Of a DNA stretch of 54,236 bases, positions 26,901 through 35,938 are shown in pieces. The stretch is from a virus (taxonomy: Duplodnaviria > Caudoviricetes). The stretch covers positions 1 to 54,236 of IMG/VR virus record IMGVR_UViG_3300019877_000084; one strand, 5' to 3'. The translations under genes and the position numbers were made by a program. Numbering within the stretch: position 1 is the stretch's first letter; each line of letters opens with the position of its first letter. Under the pieces are notes generated by a model that saw only the letters and a program-made list of their open reading frames with translations, was not told where the DNA came from and did no database searches.

Positions 26901-28523
26901 TTTAGTTAGTATTTTACTTGTAGAATTCCAAGTGATAATGTCATCAGTACTCCCCGCAGAAGGTGTGGTAAATATTGCTAACGATGGAACTGCCACCACG
27001 TCGATATAGGTTGTACCAGTAAGATTGATGCCACTCCCACCAATAATGGCGGCTCTCACATTGCCTGACGCTATGTTGTGGTTTAGCCCTCCTAAGATCA
27101 CACAATTGTTAGCCAGGGCACCATTACCGGCAGTCTGTGAAGCATTGTTTTCAGACCAGATAAAAGCTCTATTGCCTGAAGCAATAATACTTTTGTTAAA
27201 GCTGGAGCCACCTCCGCCAAGAGAATTCCCCTGACCACCAGCAAACGCTACGTTTCCAATGTTACTAATTGCGAAACCTAAACTAAATGATAATGTACCT
27301 CCAGAATAGACACTGCTGCCAAAAGCAAATGAATTTTGACCAACAGCAATGTTATTACCTCCAAAGGCCACACTATAATTGTTTGCAATGTTGTGTGAGC
27401 CAAACGCTAACCCATATTTATCACTAAAAGTTTGAACAATGTACCAGTCATAAGTCCCACTCACACCGGGAAACGTTGTACTAGCAGTAGCTACATATCC
27501 GCCATTGACATTGTTCGTAGCCGTTATTGTGCTATAGGTGTACCACAAATTAAAAGCTATGTGTGTGTCGTCTGTAAAGACATGAGCAGCACCTCGATAC
27601 CAGTTTCCACCGCTATCTTTCACCCAAAAGTCTGTCCAAAAACTCTCCCCAAAAAATGTGGCATTATTAAAATCTGTCCCAATCCCAGTTATCGAAGCTG
27701 ACCCATTAGTCATGACCACCTGGCCGTTGCCCTTTATGCCAGGTGACCTGGCTGATAAGTTGCTATAATCAATTAACGGAATGCGTCGGTAGTTTGCTAC
27801 TCCGGTGGACAAGAAGCTGACATAATTAATATCATTAATTGAATTTGTTATGGCATCGCTAGTGGCAACAGGTAGATTAAATGCCGTTCCTGTACTAAAT
27901 AACTTATTTGTCAATGTCTGCGCTCCGCTATCCGCATATTCCTTATCCACCAACGAGTGAGTCTGCGTTACATACCCTGTAGCTGCGTATTCCAATCCTT
28001 TTAATGATGTACGAGTATCAGTGAATAGTGCAGAGGTTCCGGTCAAGTCTATACTTGTATGTGGTGATCCACCGCCTATTCCACCGGTAAGATGTACACC
28101 GGTAGCATCAAGAAGTACCTCTGCTATTACACTGCTAGCCTGTATATGGGTAAGATCGAGAGAGTTAATATTTAGAAGTGCCTTAGAAAATTGTGTGTAG
28201 CCCGAGTTGCCGGCTACGACATCGAAGATTCCGAGCGGCACCGTAGTGTCTCCCCAGCGAACATTAAAGGCACCGTCAAAGGTTAGGTTTTGAGTAAGGA
28301 TGTTGGTGCCTTGAGTTAAGGCATTGCTTTGTCCCAATATATTCCAACCCCCATTTTGCCTGAATCTGAATTTATTAAGTACGCGATCGTAATAAATTGT
28401 CCCATTATTTGATCCCGACAAAACAGAGTCTCCATTAATCAGGCGTATATCAGTGAAGTTACCGTGTTGAGCGGAGGCCACAATAGAAATAAACAGACCG
28501 AGTAAAAGAAATATTTTTTTCAT
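23970..28523 (-). CDS. large fibre/adhesin-like protein with signal peptide
   Basis: MKKIFLLLGLFISIVASA|Q; GTIYYDRVLNKFRFRQNGGW and YNTTSHVLKFYNGTNW fibre motifs; YadA-head-like repeats (SVAFGGNNIAVGQNSFAFG); three ~145-aa repeats; T/G/A-rich. Confidence 0.75.
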   Translation of the reverse strand: MKKIFLLLGLFISIVASAQHGNFTDIRLINGDSVLSGSNNGTIYYDRVLNKFRFRQNGGWNILGQSNALTQGTNILTQNLTFDGAFNVRWGDTTVPLGIFDVVAGNSGYTQFSKALLNINSLDLTHIQASSVIAEVLLDATGVHLTGGIGGGSPHTSIDLTGTSALFTDTRTSLKGLEYAATGYVTQTHSLVDKEYADSGAQTLTNKLFSTGTAFNLPVATSDAITNSINDINYVSFLSTGVANYRRIPLIDYSNLSARSPGIKGNGQVVMTNGSASITGIGTDFNNATFFGESFWTDFWVKDSGGNWYRGAAHVFTDDTHIAFNLWYTYSTITATNNVNGGYVATASTTFPGVSGTYDWYIVQTFSDKYGLAFGSHNIANNYSVAFGGNNIAVGQNSFAFGSSVYSGGTLSFSLGFAISNIGNVAFAGGQGNSLGGGGSSFNKSIIASGNRAFIWSENNASQTAGNGALANNCVILGGLNHNIASGNVRAAIIGGSGINLTGTTYIDVVAVPSLAIFTTPSAGSTDDIITWNSTSKILTKVAQSTFIKQGSNTLTSNLTLSGLGVNLFQNNSIKIVTSTTTAFELARFGWQSGALNNTVDADQNSIVMAFGNLVGKYMTVTSDINGVMLRYQDSNIPIDYNVRLGSAGGLKYSVDVSSAYTTLSLPSWGSVLGVKTFTDKQTFIQTTTTSPINLGGFASDPSVGLEAELSYNTTSHVLKFYNGTNWLTVQTAGLSWLLTGTSTLTGAVVIDQTTTGANTLKFLTPTLGVTSVDGKGLWIQNATAAAAGAQQISGGVLWEGQGWATTPVANQSVKFMADVLPVQGAANPTGLWRLRSSINGAAYTQIANFTSTGQLLIATGASSGASNFLQVLGNIAINSSSGVMGMSMQVAGQDVYFDAPLAAGGINLRTNGSTIAGSFTSLQNFNIGVATGNNLARLYVLQPALISANGLPAFQVDGGAHTSLTASTEVLFANFNSSATVQYAAGAQTILRNALVQAPTIRFTGASVITDNATFTISGAPKAGTNTTQTNAHGLLIQAGAVTSAGAAFGLTSNAPTGGTLNYSAQFLGGIGVTFSQVAQSTTHTFISFTQSAHNGGTPLLASFIGAAHTTLAAGTSYAAVQFNLAQTVQFASNTTVSTAFGLDIRPTQYAFVTAGGTITSAASINVLGAPVTSTNAIITDSHGILIQSASVGSGTNSYGITANAMTGATNNYSANLLGAVKISSGTTAVQLQITQGTLSSGTPTALILSGAPHVTLTASVESNDVNFALNRIVQFNTGAQTLLRSILFQPPRYEFVGASTITDAEFMYISYSQAGNNATITNSHALYIGSRSVIAGTGAVTNSYGITVNAATGATNNYAGQVIGGSWLLAAGTTTYAPLLLPSGTNLTTPLAGAVENNGTNLFFTPVATRLAIGINASVAAPATTGTMTTTLTNLTVMTITPTGACTFNASGGIAGQQCSFVVTTSGTTAFVLTWGTNYKTIGTLSTGTVTAKVFTVNFVYDGTNWNEQSRTTAM
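24440..25680 (-). repeat. three ~145-aa tandem protein repeats in the fibre protein
   Basis: GGAHTSLTASTE / GAAHTTLAAGTS / GAPHVTLTASVE, ending TGGTLNYSA / TGATNNYSA / TGATNNYAG; boundaries approximate. Confidence 0.8.
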
Positions 28524-28530
28524 AAATATT

Positions 28531-30150
28531 TTAAGTATAAGGTCCACCAAGGCAAGTCATAAGCCACTCTGTTCCATCATAACTTAGGCTAAATTCATAG
28601 GTTCCGGTGTCCAATGGGGTCCAGGTGTGTGCTACAGTATCCCATCTTGCATCACTCATTTTAAAATTTGATGGAAATGTCTGTATATCCAATGTGGTCA
28701 TCGTAAACTTTAATGATGGAATCAAAAGTGCTAACCCCACATTTGTTATACTCCATGTTTTAGCTGATCCAATATTTGATGAGCCCACAAACATGACCTC
28801 TTCAAGACTATTCATGTCAATAACAATGGGGGCCGTAGTGGTTACAACTGAAAGTCTTATAAGTGAACTGCCGCCTCCACCGCCAGGAGCGCCTTGAATA
28901 GAAACAGACCAACTTCCATAGGTTCCAGATCCAAAAATTGTATCAATAGAAACAGTAAGTTGTCCTGTGGATTGATTATATGAATCAACCACACCTTCCA
29001 TTCTTTTTGTCGGGTCACCAGGAACCGATATAACAGTAGCCTGGCCCGTGGAATAAGCCAGGTCTTTCTCCACAATTAAGGTTTGTGTTCCTATCGCAAT
29101 AGTTAATGATGTAGAACTACTCGTCGTCCATTGATCACCGGTACCACGATATTTTGCCCATAACCCAACGAAGTCACCCACAACCGGAGACACAATTACC
29201 ACGGTGCTCTCAAGGAACGCCACCCACTGTTTTGATGAATCAAATGTGGTTGTAAATCCTGTTCCTGAGGCGTCGTCTGCGTAGGCGGTGTATAGATAGG
29301 CATTAGCTCCATCAGTGCCAGCCGCGCCATCAGCACCATCGGCACCAGACGCTCCGGTATCGCCTATATTGCCCTTGATTGAATATCCACTACCCCAAGA
29401 CCCAGCGGTTTTGGGTCCATACATTAGGCGGGGATCGCTGGAAAGATCTATGTAAAAGTCGCCGTTGACGCCAAGCCCGGAACTAGGTACGCCGGCACCG
29501 CTTAATATGCTGTATCCATTGATTCCGGCTGCACCTGTCGCACCAGTGGCGCCGGCTGCACCAGTGGCCCCGATGGTGCCAGTGGCCCCGGTGGTGCCTG
29601 TAGCTCCTGCTGGTCCGGTGTCGCCTACGTATTTACGCCACAGTCCAGCAAATATCCCCACCACGACCGTAAGTGGTGATGTGCTTTGCCGGACAGCTAG
29701 GTAAGTATGAGATCCTGGAGTGGTGCTGAATCCTGTCCCGGTGTTGTCATCGGCATAGCCAACATATACATAGGCGTTGATTCCGTTTTCACCAGCGGGA
29801 CCCTGGCCTCCGGCATTGATTACGTTTGGCACACCGCGAAACAGAAGTTTAGGCGATACCGGAACTGTTTTTAAATCCGCGACCTTGATCAGGTCCCTTA
29901 ACAGTTTATTGAATTGTTCGTCTGTGATCCGCCCATTATTGCCGATAAAGTTTCCACTTTCATTATATTCGGTATAGCGTTTGAGGTTTCTAAAACGCTT
30001 TACCGCGCGAATGAGTTGTACTTTTGTGGTTTTCTGCTTTATTGAATTAGTGTATCCATTCGTATCGTTTCTGGAAACGTCAAGGCCAAGCTCTGCTATC
30101 CTGTTATACACAGAGGCTATTTTGAATCCACTATTGGCAAAAAGTGACAT
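28531..30150 (-). CDS. collagen-like tail fibre protein
   Basis: GXY runs (GDTGPAGATGTTGATG), two AYxYxxYADDxxGTGF repeats, GVPSSGLGVNGDFYID motif; no signal peptide. Confidence 0.8.
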   Translation of the reverse strand: MSLFANSGFKIASVYNRIAELGLDVSRNDTNGYTNSIKQKTTKVQLIRAVKRFRNLKRYTEYNESGNFIGNNGRITDEQFNKLLRDLIKVADLKTVPVSPKLLFRGVPNVINAGGQGPAGENGINAYVYVGYADDNTGTGFSTTPGSHTYLAVRQSTSPLTVVVGIFAGLWRKYVGDTGPAGATGTTGATGTIGATGAAGATGATGAAGINGYSILSGAGVPSSGLGVNGDFYIDLSSDPRLMYGPKTAGSWGSGYSIKGNIGDTGASGADGADGAAGTDGANAYLYTAYADDASGTGFTTTFDSSKQWVAFLESTVVIVSPVVGDFVGLWAKYRGTGDQWTTSSSTSLTIAIGTQTLIVEKDLAYSTGQATVISVPGDPTKRMEGVVDSYNQSTGQLTVSIDTIFGSGTYGSWSVSIQGAPGGGGGSSLIRLSVVTTTAPIVIDMNSLEEVMFVGSSNIGSAKTWSITNVGLALLIPSLKFTMTTLDIQTFPSNFKMSDARWDTVAHTWTPLDTGTYEFSLSYDGTEWLMTCLGGPYT

Positions 30151-30154
30151 ATCT

Positions 30155-30835
30155 TTAAGACGCCCCGTAATTTAATCCGTAATTAGTAAGTGCTTGTATT
30201 TGTTCATCGGCATCATTAGCCCGGTCATTGTCCAGCGCTGAATACGCTGCCTGAAGCCTGGCATCGATTTCATCAGCCTGATTAAAACCTTTGGCTTTTT
30301 GTGTACCATTATCTAAGCCATCTGCCCCTCTTTCATATTCAGATTCAAGCCGGATTTCTATTTTTCCAGTGACTAAATCATTCATAAACACAACTTCCAT
30401 TTGGGTGCTGGCATAAGCAAGTTCGCCGTATAGTTGCGCCTGAGGAATCATAGTCCAATACGTTGCATTAGGCGGTTGATGACCTGTGTGCCCTACGGAA
30501 CATTTGTAAAAATTTGAATCCGTGGTATTATATATAATATCGCCAAATACATAGGCTTGCGCATTGCTCCATAATTTGATACTTAAAAGAATTTTTTCAA
30601 TCCAACCATCGGTAGTATATGTGACTATCCACTCCGATACAACCAATGGGTCGGCTGAGTTCGTAGTCAACACTTGAAGTGTCCTGATCCCATTCTTATC
30701 GGTTCGGGTTACAAATAATACTAAGGCGCGTTGATTACGTGCCGGGTTTGCCCCCAATGCCCAAGGTGACCGGTCTGCAAGCGTATAACTGGTGTTTCCA
30801 GACGCAATAGCTTTGATTATAACAGAATAGTCCAT
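30155..30835 (-). CDS. structural (tail hub-like) protein with CBM5/12-like insert
   Basis: position; WSNAQAYVFGDIIY....FYKC...HTGHQPPNATYW. Confidence 0.6.
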   Translation of the reverse strand: MDYSVIIKAIASGNTSYTLADRSPWALGANPARNQRALVLFVTRTDKNGIRTLQVLTTNSADPLVVSEWIVTYTTDGWIEKILLSIKLWSNAQAYVFGDIIYNTTDSNFYKCSVGHTGHQPPNATYWTMIPQAQLYGELAYASTQMEVVFMNDLVTGKIEIRLESEYERGADGLDNGTQKAKGFNQADEIDARLQAAYSALDNDRANDADEQIQALTNYGLNYGAS

Positions 30836-30859
30836 TGGTCAATATTTTTAGTCAAAAAC

Positions 30860-30890
30860 AAAAAAAGCCATCTATTTCAGATAGCTTTTA
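30860..30890 (-). terminator. rho-independent terminator
   Basis: AAAAGCTATCT-GAAAT-AGATGGCTTTTTTT on minus strand. Confidence 0.7.
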
Positions 30891-30912
30891 TTTGAAAATA
30901 CTTTTGTTCCGA

Positions 30913-31878
30913 TCATGCCGGTACCGTTGCTTTTGGTTGGAAAATTTTTCTCAGTTTTTCAGCCATTTGTTGATACGCCGTATGTCCTATTTTACGGATC
31001 TCATCGCGTTCTTCTGGCTTCATTTTCTTTTCTTCAATTCCTACTGAGAACATATAATTAAGAAGTCCATCGAACCTGTTAACGTCAATAGGTACATCGC
31101 AGATATCTTCATCTTTGTCAACAAACACCCATCGTCTATTAATACCAGGATTTTCTTCGTCGGATTCAAGAAATTGAATGATGTTGTAGTATTCGGCATC
31201 CATGATCTGAAGTTTGGCCTTCATCATCTTGTTTGACGACGCCTTCATCACGACATCAGGCTTCTTTTTGGCGAGTTCAAAAGTATCGCGTTTAAATTGC
31301 TCAAACGTACCTTCGGGGTTGATGTCTTTTCTTGATGTTGGGTCCAGATTCTTCCATATCAAGGCGAGTTCAACCTTGTCAGCCTGAGATACGTGTGTCA
31401 AAGCGTCAGCCAAAATATAATTATACTCCATTTCCTGGATAGCTTTCTTTTTGGCGTTGACTCGATAAAATTTCGCTTTAGGACGGCTTTTGTCCCGATA
31501 TGGATTGTCCCGGTTGTGGGGATGGCGCTCCATGAATAAATACGTGCCTTGATCGTCAGGGCCAATACTGATGGTGCTGTTGTGATCAAATTGCACCCTT
31601 TTTACTTCGGGTTCGTCGATCAATTGCCCATTACGCTCAACTGTTTTGTACCCAACGATATTTCTTAGTTTAACTCTCTTCTTTGTGAATGGGTCCACTA
31701 TCATAATTTCGCCCTTCATATTTAGGCGAGGTTGATTGTTCCGTGGTTTCCCAGTGCCTTCATCTACTCTGGCCCGGTCTACCAAGTCGGCATCACATAA
31801 TTTGTAAATTGCAACTTGGTTTTCACCAAGTTCTTTTACTTTGAGATTTTCACTGATTTGATCGTTGATCTGCAACAT
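30913..31878 (-). CDS. conserved capsid-adjacent protein (crAss gene75-like position)
   Basis: directly downstream of MCP; FMERHPHN motif. Confidence 0.6.
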   Translation of the reverse strand: MLQINDQISENLKVKELGENQVAIYKLCDADLVDRARVDEGTGKPRNNQPRLNMKGEIMIVDPFTKKRVKLRNIVGYKTVERNGQLIDEPEVKRVQFDHNSTISIGPDDQGTYLFMERHPHNRDNPYRDKSRPKAKFYRVNAKKKAIQEMEYNYILADALTHVSQADKVELALIWKNLDPTSRKDINPEGTFEQFKRDTFELAKKKPDVVMKASSNKMMKAKLQIMDAEYYNIIQFLESDEENPGINRRWVFVDKDEDICDVPIDVNRFDGLLNYMFSVGIEEKKMKPEERDEIRKIGHTAYQQMAEKLRKIFQPKATVPA

Positions 31879-31904
31879 AGGAATGCGTTTTTAGAAGCCA
31901 GAGG

Positions 31905-31935
31905 GAAAACTAATCCCCTCTGACTTGATTTTACT
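31905..31935 (-). terminator. stem-loop after the major capsid gene
   Basis: CAGAGGG...CCCTCTG inverted repeat; weak U-tract. Confidence 0.45.
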
Positions 31936-33301
31936 AAGGTTTACGAACCATGATAAACTTCTCACGATTCCGCACTTGCAGCGATTTATAGCTGACCATG
32001 TGGATATACCGTGCTTCTTCATCGGAAGTGGGTCCCGATTTTGCGTCTCCACCAGTCTCATACACCTTGATGTCACCCTGAATTGTATGGGCAGCACCTT
32101 GAGGCGGAGCATAAGCGAGTTGCAAATAAGGAACGCTTGATTGCCTATCCGGATCTTTTGTAATCCCACAAGGGATACAAATTCCCATATAACGAAAAGG
32201 CATGTTTCCAGCACCAAGAGAACCTGCATGTGAGAAAATAGGCCATACGTTCATGTGGAAGGTGACGCCACCGATCATAATTGTGGTGAAGTTAAAGGCT
32301 AAAGCCTGTTCCTTGCGACCATCGAAATAATCGAAACTGACACCGGAATTCTGATACTTAGAGAAATCCGTCAACCAGTTCAAAAGCGATAAATTCAGAT
32401 TCTTGCCCTGACTGAACATATACTCGTCATCGCCATAATTGTCATCGATAACCAGTACGAGATCCTGAAAGTCCATAAGGGTGAAGTCGCCGTCCCACTC
32501 AAAATTTTGACCATTAGTTGATACCTGAGGAATCAAACCGGTTGCGCCGTTAAGCACAACTGAGCCCGCATCCTGAAGTGTGCCATCGTTAGCCGGAGTC
32601 AAAAGAAGATTCATTTCTTCCTGCATTGCAAACCTGTCTGAGGTTTCTGCTATCCCTTTAGGATACAACCATTTTTGACCATCATATTCAAATTCTACTT
32701 CATTTTGGGCGGCAAAATCAGTCACAGCATATTTCTCCCGTGTTTCATGGATGTAATTGGTGATCTTAGAGATGTTCACAACCCGCATTTCCGTGCCGAC
32801 GGAAGCCTCTTTCTGAATGTTACCGTAGAAACATATCGCCTGACCAACGACTGCGGCCGTTTGCACGGTTTGAGCGGCGTTATAAGGCGCGACTGTTACC
32901 ACATGGGCATTTGCCACTGCGCGGTTGATCGACAATACGTATCCCACGATCTCATTTTCAAAATTACAAAGCTGACCTATAACCGGGTATGAGTGCGTTC
33001 CGGAATCGTAGTGATCGCCTGCGGACAGCGTCACCAGAACATTGGAGCCCGAGTTTACTGCTGCCGCGATAGTACAGCTTGCGTTAAACCAGTCGCCTTC
33101 TTCGTAGAAGTAAAACTGGTGCCGTTTTACTTGCTTGATCGGCTCCATTTTGCCGTCAAGCTCCCGGAGAATGGACAGTGCCTTCCATTTTGGCACTTTC
33201 ATCCCGAGTTCTTTGCGGAAATCCCTGTCGAGGATCCCATATCCTGTGGCTATAGCGAGGTTTTCAATGGATGCCTGCCTTGAGCCTTGTTGTGTTAACA
33301 T
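31934..33301 (-). CDS. major capsid protein (HK97 fold, crAss-like)
   Basis: 455 aa; FYFYEEG, ITNYIHETREKYAVTD, ATGLIPQV, terminal LQVRNREKF; follows an acidic scaffold-like gene. Confidence 0.75.
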   Translation of the reverse strand: MLTQQGSRQASIENLAIATGYGILDRDFRKELGMKVPKWKALSILRELDGKMEPIKQVKRHQFYFYEEGDWFNASCTIAAAVNSGSNVLVTLSAGDHYDSGTHSYPVIGQLCNFENEIVGYVLSINRAVANAHVVTVAPYNAAQTVQTAAVVGQAICFYGNIQKEASVGTEMRVVNISKITNYIHETREKYAVTDFAAQNEVEFEYDGQKWLYPKGIAETSDRFAMQEEMNLLLTPANDGTLQDAGSVVLNGATGLIPQVSTNGQNFEWDGDFTLMDFQDLVLVIDDNYGDDEYMFSQGKNLNLSLLNWLTDFSKYQNSGVSFDYFDGRKEQALAFNFTTIMIGGVTFHMNVWPIFSHAGSLGAGNMPFRYMGICIPCGITKDPDRQSSVPYLQLAYAPPQGAAHTIQGDIKVYETGGDAKSGPTSDEEARYIHMVSYKSLQVRNREKFIMVRKP

Positions 33302-33325
33302 TTAAAGGGGGGTTTGATTTTTTCG

Positions 33326-34531
33326 TTAGCGTTTGTTTGCTGCTTGTACAGCTTCTTTCATGGTATCATTATAAGATTTCTTAGGCGGCGCAGCAGTGCC
33401 AGACTGACCCTTGGGGGCAACGGTGTTTTTGTTGTCCTGTACGATCTTGATCTGACCAGTGGTGAATCCATTTGATCGAGCCTCAGTTACGATCCGGTCG
33501 AAGTTCAAAAGCCGGAACATCGTGTCCCTGTAGGCTTCATTTGAGAACTTACCATCAACCATACTTGAGTCCATAATCCGTTCGAGGAGTTTGTTTGGAT
33601 TGATCAGGGTCTCTCTGAATGCCGAAGCGTCTTCAGCTGTCATAGGTACCCTGACTTGTTCCTCTAGACTATCACCAAACTGCATAACAATACCTCCAAA
33701 GTCAGAAAGTGACCGATCAATTCCGGTCGTTATTTTCTGGATTTCCTCAGGCGAAGGTTGTTGTGGCCCGTTGGCAGTACGCTCCGGGGCCTTTGAATAC
33801 TCCTCCTGAAGAGCCAGAATTTTCTTTTCTGCCTCACTTGTACGTTTATCGTGTTGGTACTTTGCGACTACGTCGGTTTCGACGTCAGTAAACTCTTTTG
33901 AATACATAGCCTCGAAAACTTCCTTCGCTGATTCGCGAGGCATTTCGGGGTTGTTCAATGCAAAAAGCTCAAATTGCTTGTCTTTAGGCGAGAGTTTAGC
34001 CAAATCAAGTCCTTGTACCCGGAGATATTGCCCGGCCGCCGCGAGCTCATTACCATCATTTTTTACGGCAAAGTCATATACTTTTTTAGCCCGTTCTGAA
34101 GGGAATTCAAGCTGTTTGTTCTTCAGTTGCTCTTTGAGAGAGTCATTTTCCTGTAATATTGCAGTGATTTGATCCGGAGTTGTCAGCCGGCCGCCAGAGG
34201 TTTCTTGTAGGCGTGTGGAAAAATCGGCTTCAAAATCTTCTTGGGTGTAGTCGCCTGGGGTTTGATCTTCAGGTGCGACTGATTCCGCATCCGGGGTTAC
34301 TACTTCATCCGGATCGATATTATTGGTTGTGGGTTCAGTCTCTTTGGTTGTCGCCTGAGTGGTGGCTTTGGACTCATCGGTATCCACTACGGGATCGGGA
34401 TCAAGTTCAACTACCTCTGTGTCTACCTCTGGTGTATCTCGGGCTGGTTGTCCCCCACTCCTTGGAGTCATTACCAACTTTGATTTATCGAAATTTTGGA
34501 ATGGGTGCTGTTTATCGCCTGATTCTGCCAT
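33326..34531 (-). CDS. putative capsid scaffolding protein
   Basis: acidic disordered N-terminus, helical core, immediately upstream of MCP. Confidence 0.6.
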   Translation of the reverse strand: MAESGDKQHPFQNFDKSKLVMTPRSGGQPARDTPEVDTEVVELDPDPVVDTDESKATTQATTKETEPTTNNIDPDEVVTPDAESVAPEDQTPGDYTQEDFEADFSTRLQETSGGRLTTPDQITAILQENDSLKEQLKNKQLEFPSERAKKVYDFAVKNDGNELAAAGQYLRVQGLDLAKLSPKDKQFELFALNNPEMPRESAKEVFEAMYSKEFTDVETDVVAKYQHDKRTSEAEKKILALQEEYSKAPERTANGPQQPSPEEIQKITTGIDRSLSDFGGIVMQFGDSLEEQVRVPMTAEDASAFRETLINPNKLLERIMDSSMVDGKFSNEAYRDTMFRLLNFDRIVTEARSNGFTTGQIKIVQDNKNTVAPKGQSGTAAPPKKSYNDTMKEAVQAANKR

Positions 34532-34604
34532 TTCTTTGAGCGTTTCTCAAATCTGGACAAAATCCCAACATAAAACAAGAGTCTCACGTGGTAAAATTTT
34601 TCTA

Positions 34605-35294
34605 CTATTGAGGTTGATTACCAAGTTGGCCATCAAACCATCCCTTGTATTGACCGTCCATCTCCATGTAATGACATGGTCCGTAAAGGTCAAAAAGTTG
34701 CTTAAATAGTGCGGAATCAAGATTTCTAGTCTGAGGCGAAGGGAACCGGCATCCTCCCTTTTTGAAACATTCCGTCCTAAAAACCACCTGGGAACTATCA
34801 ATTCGGTTAACCGGATGGACCGTTTCGGTTAAATTGGTCCAATGGGGCCGTTTTTTGATCCCAAATGGACTTTCCTTGGTGGGGTCGAATATCCTGACGT
34901 GGGAATATCCGTATTTCTTGTCGGGATTGGCCCGGAACCATTGATCCAGGTTGGTGAGGTAGTCTGGGAGAATGGAATCGTCGTCACAAAGTATCAGTGC
35001 TACCTCGGCACTCGACGCCAAAATAATCTCGTTTAGAAATTGTCCGTGCCGGCTGCCGCCTTGCTCTTTCTTACTTTTAGGCGTGTCTCCTGTGAAGTAA
35101 AACCCTATTTTTGAATAGGCTTCATCGCCTAAGATTTCTGTTGCAATTTCGTCGATGTGCGGCTTGGTTTGACTGCCATCGTCTATGATGAATAGATCAA
35201 AATTGGCGTACTCCAACTCTTTAATACTTCGTAAAGCGTTCTTTACAAGCAAAGTTCTTTCAAAATAACATAAGCAAATTAGGATTCTAAGCAT
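34605..35294 (-). CDS. glycosyltransferase family 2 (GT-A)
   Basis: ICLCYFER...FIIDDGS...LCDDDS (DxD). Confidence 0.85.
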   Translation of the reverse strand: MLRILICLCYFERTLLVKNALRSIKELEYANFDLFIIDDGSQTKPHIDEIATEILGDEAYSKIGFYFTGDTPKSKKEQGGSRHGQFLNEIILASSAEVALILCDDDSILPDYLTNLDQWFRANPDKKYGYSHVRIFDPTKESPFGIKKRPHWTNLTETVHPVNRIDSSQVVFRTECFKKGGCRFPSPQTRNLDSALFKQLFDLYGPCHYMEMDGQYKGWFDGQLGNQPQ

Positions 35295-35296
35295 AA

Positions 35297-35938
35297 CTAT
35301 ACCAATGATACCCCTCCGTCAATCACCAGGTTGGTACCGGTGACGTAATCGTTGTTCAGAAGGAACTTTATTGCGTCGGCAAGTTCCTCTACTTCTCCGA
35401 TCCTTCCAACCGGAATAATGTTTGGTAGCGATTCTTTCATACCTACTGGTAGGCGATCAGTCATTCCTCCATTCATAAATCCGCATTGCACACTGTTAAT
35501 CAAAATACCATGCTTAGCATTTTCTATGGCTGCTACCTTTGTAATCGCGTCTACAAACGATTTTGAAGCACAATAAATTCCAGCGCCCCTCTCTGGTCTT
35601 ATTGAAAGAAATGAACTCATCATCACAATCTTACCAGGTTTTTTCTGTTCACGAAAATACTTTACGTATTCCCTGATGACATTCACGGCTCCGAAGCAAT
35701 TAATATTGATCATCCGGCAAATATGAATGTCAGATGCCTTGTGAATTACATCGTCATAATTCCATCCAGCGCAATTAACAACGTAGTCCACGCCTGAGCG
35801 CACAATGTTGGAATACCCAGTGACATCACAATCTTTTGATGACATAGAAAGCACGGTATAGTCACGGTTAAATATTTCCGTGAGTTGGCTGCCAAGCCCA
35901 CCACTACCCCCGAGTAAAATTATTGTGCGTTTTTCCAT
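35297..35938 (-). CDS. short-chain dehydrogenase/reductase (FabG-like SDR)
   Basis: GGSGGLG, VNCAG, SS, YCASK, YVTGTNLVIDGG. Confidence 0.9.
   Translation of the reverse strand: MEKRTIILLGGSGGLGSQLTEIFNRDYTVLSMSSKDCDVTGYSNIVRSGVDYVVNCAGWNYDDVIHKASDIHICRMININCFGAVNVIREYVKYFREQKKPGKIVMMSSFLSIRPERGAGIYCASKSFVDAITKVAAIENAKHGILINSVQCGFMNGGMTDRLPVGMKESLPNIIPVGRIGEVEELADAIKFLLNNDYVTGTNLVIDGGVSLV

Noticed and set aside
29500-29620. GC-rich 9-bp-periodic repeats
   Set aside because: Explained by collagen GXY codons
23970-30150. Diversity-generating retroelement or invertible shufflon acting on fibre genes
   Set aside because: No reverse transcriptase, recombinase or near-identical TR/VR nucleotide repeat seen; the repeats are diverged and protein-level only
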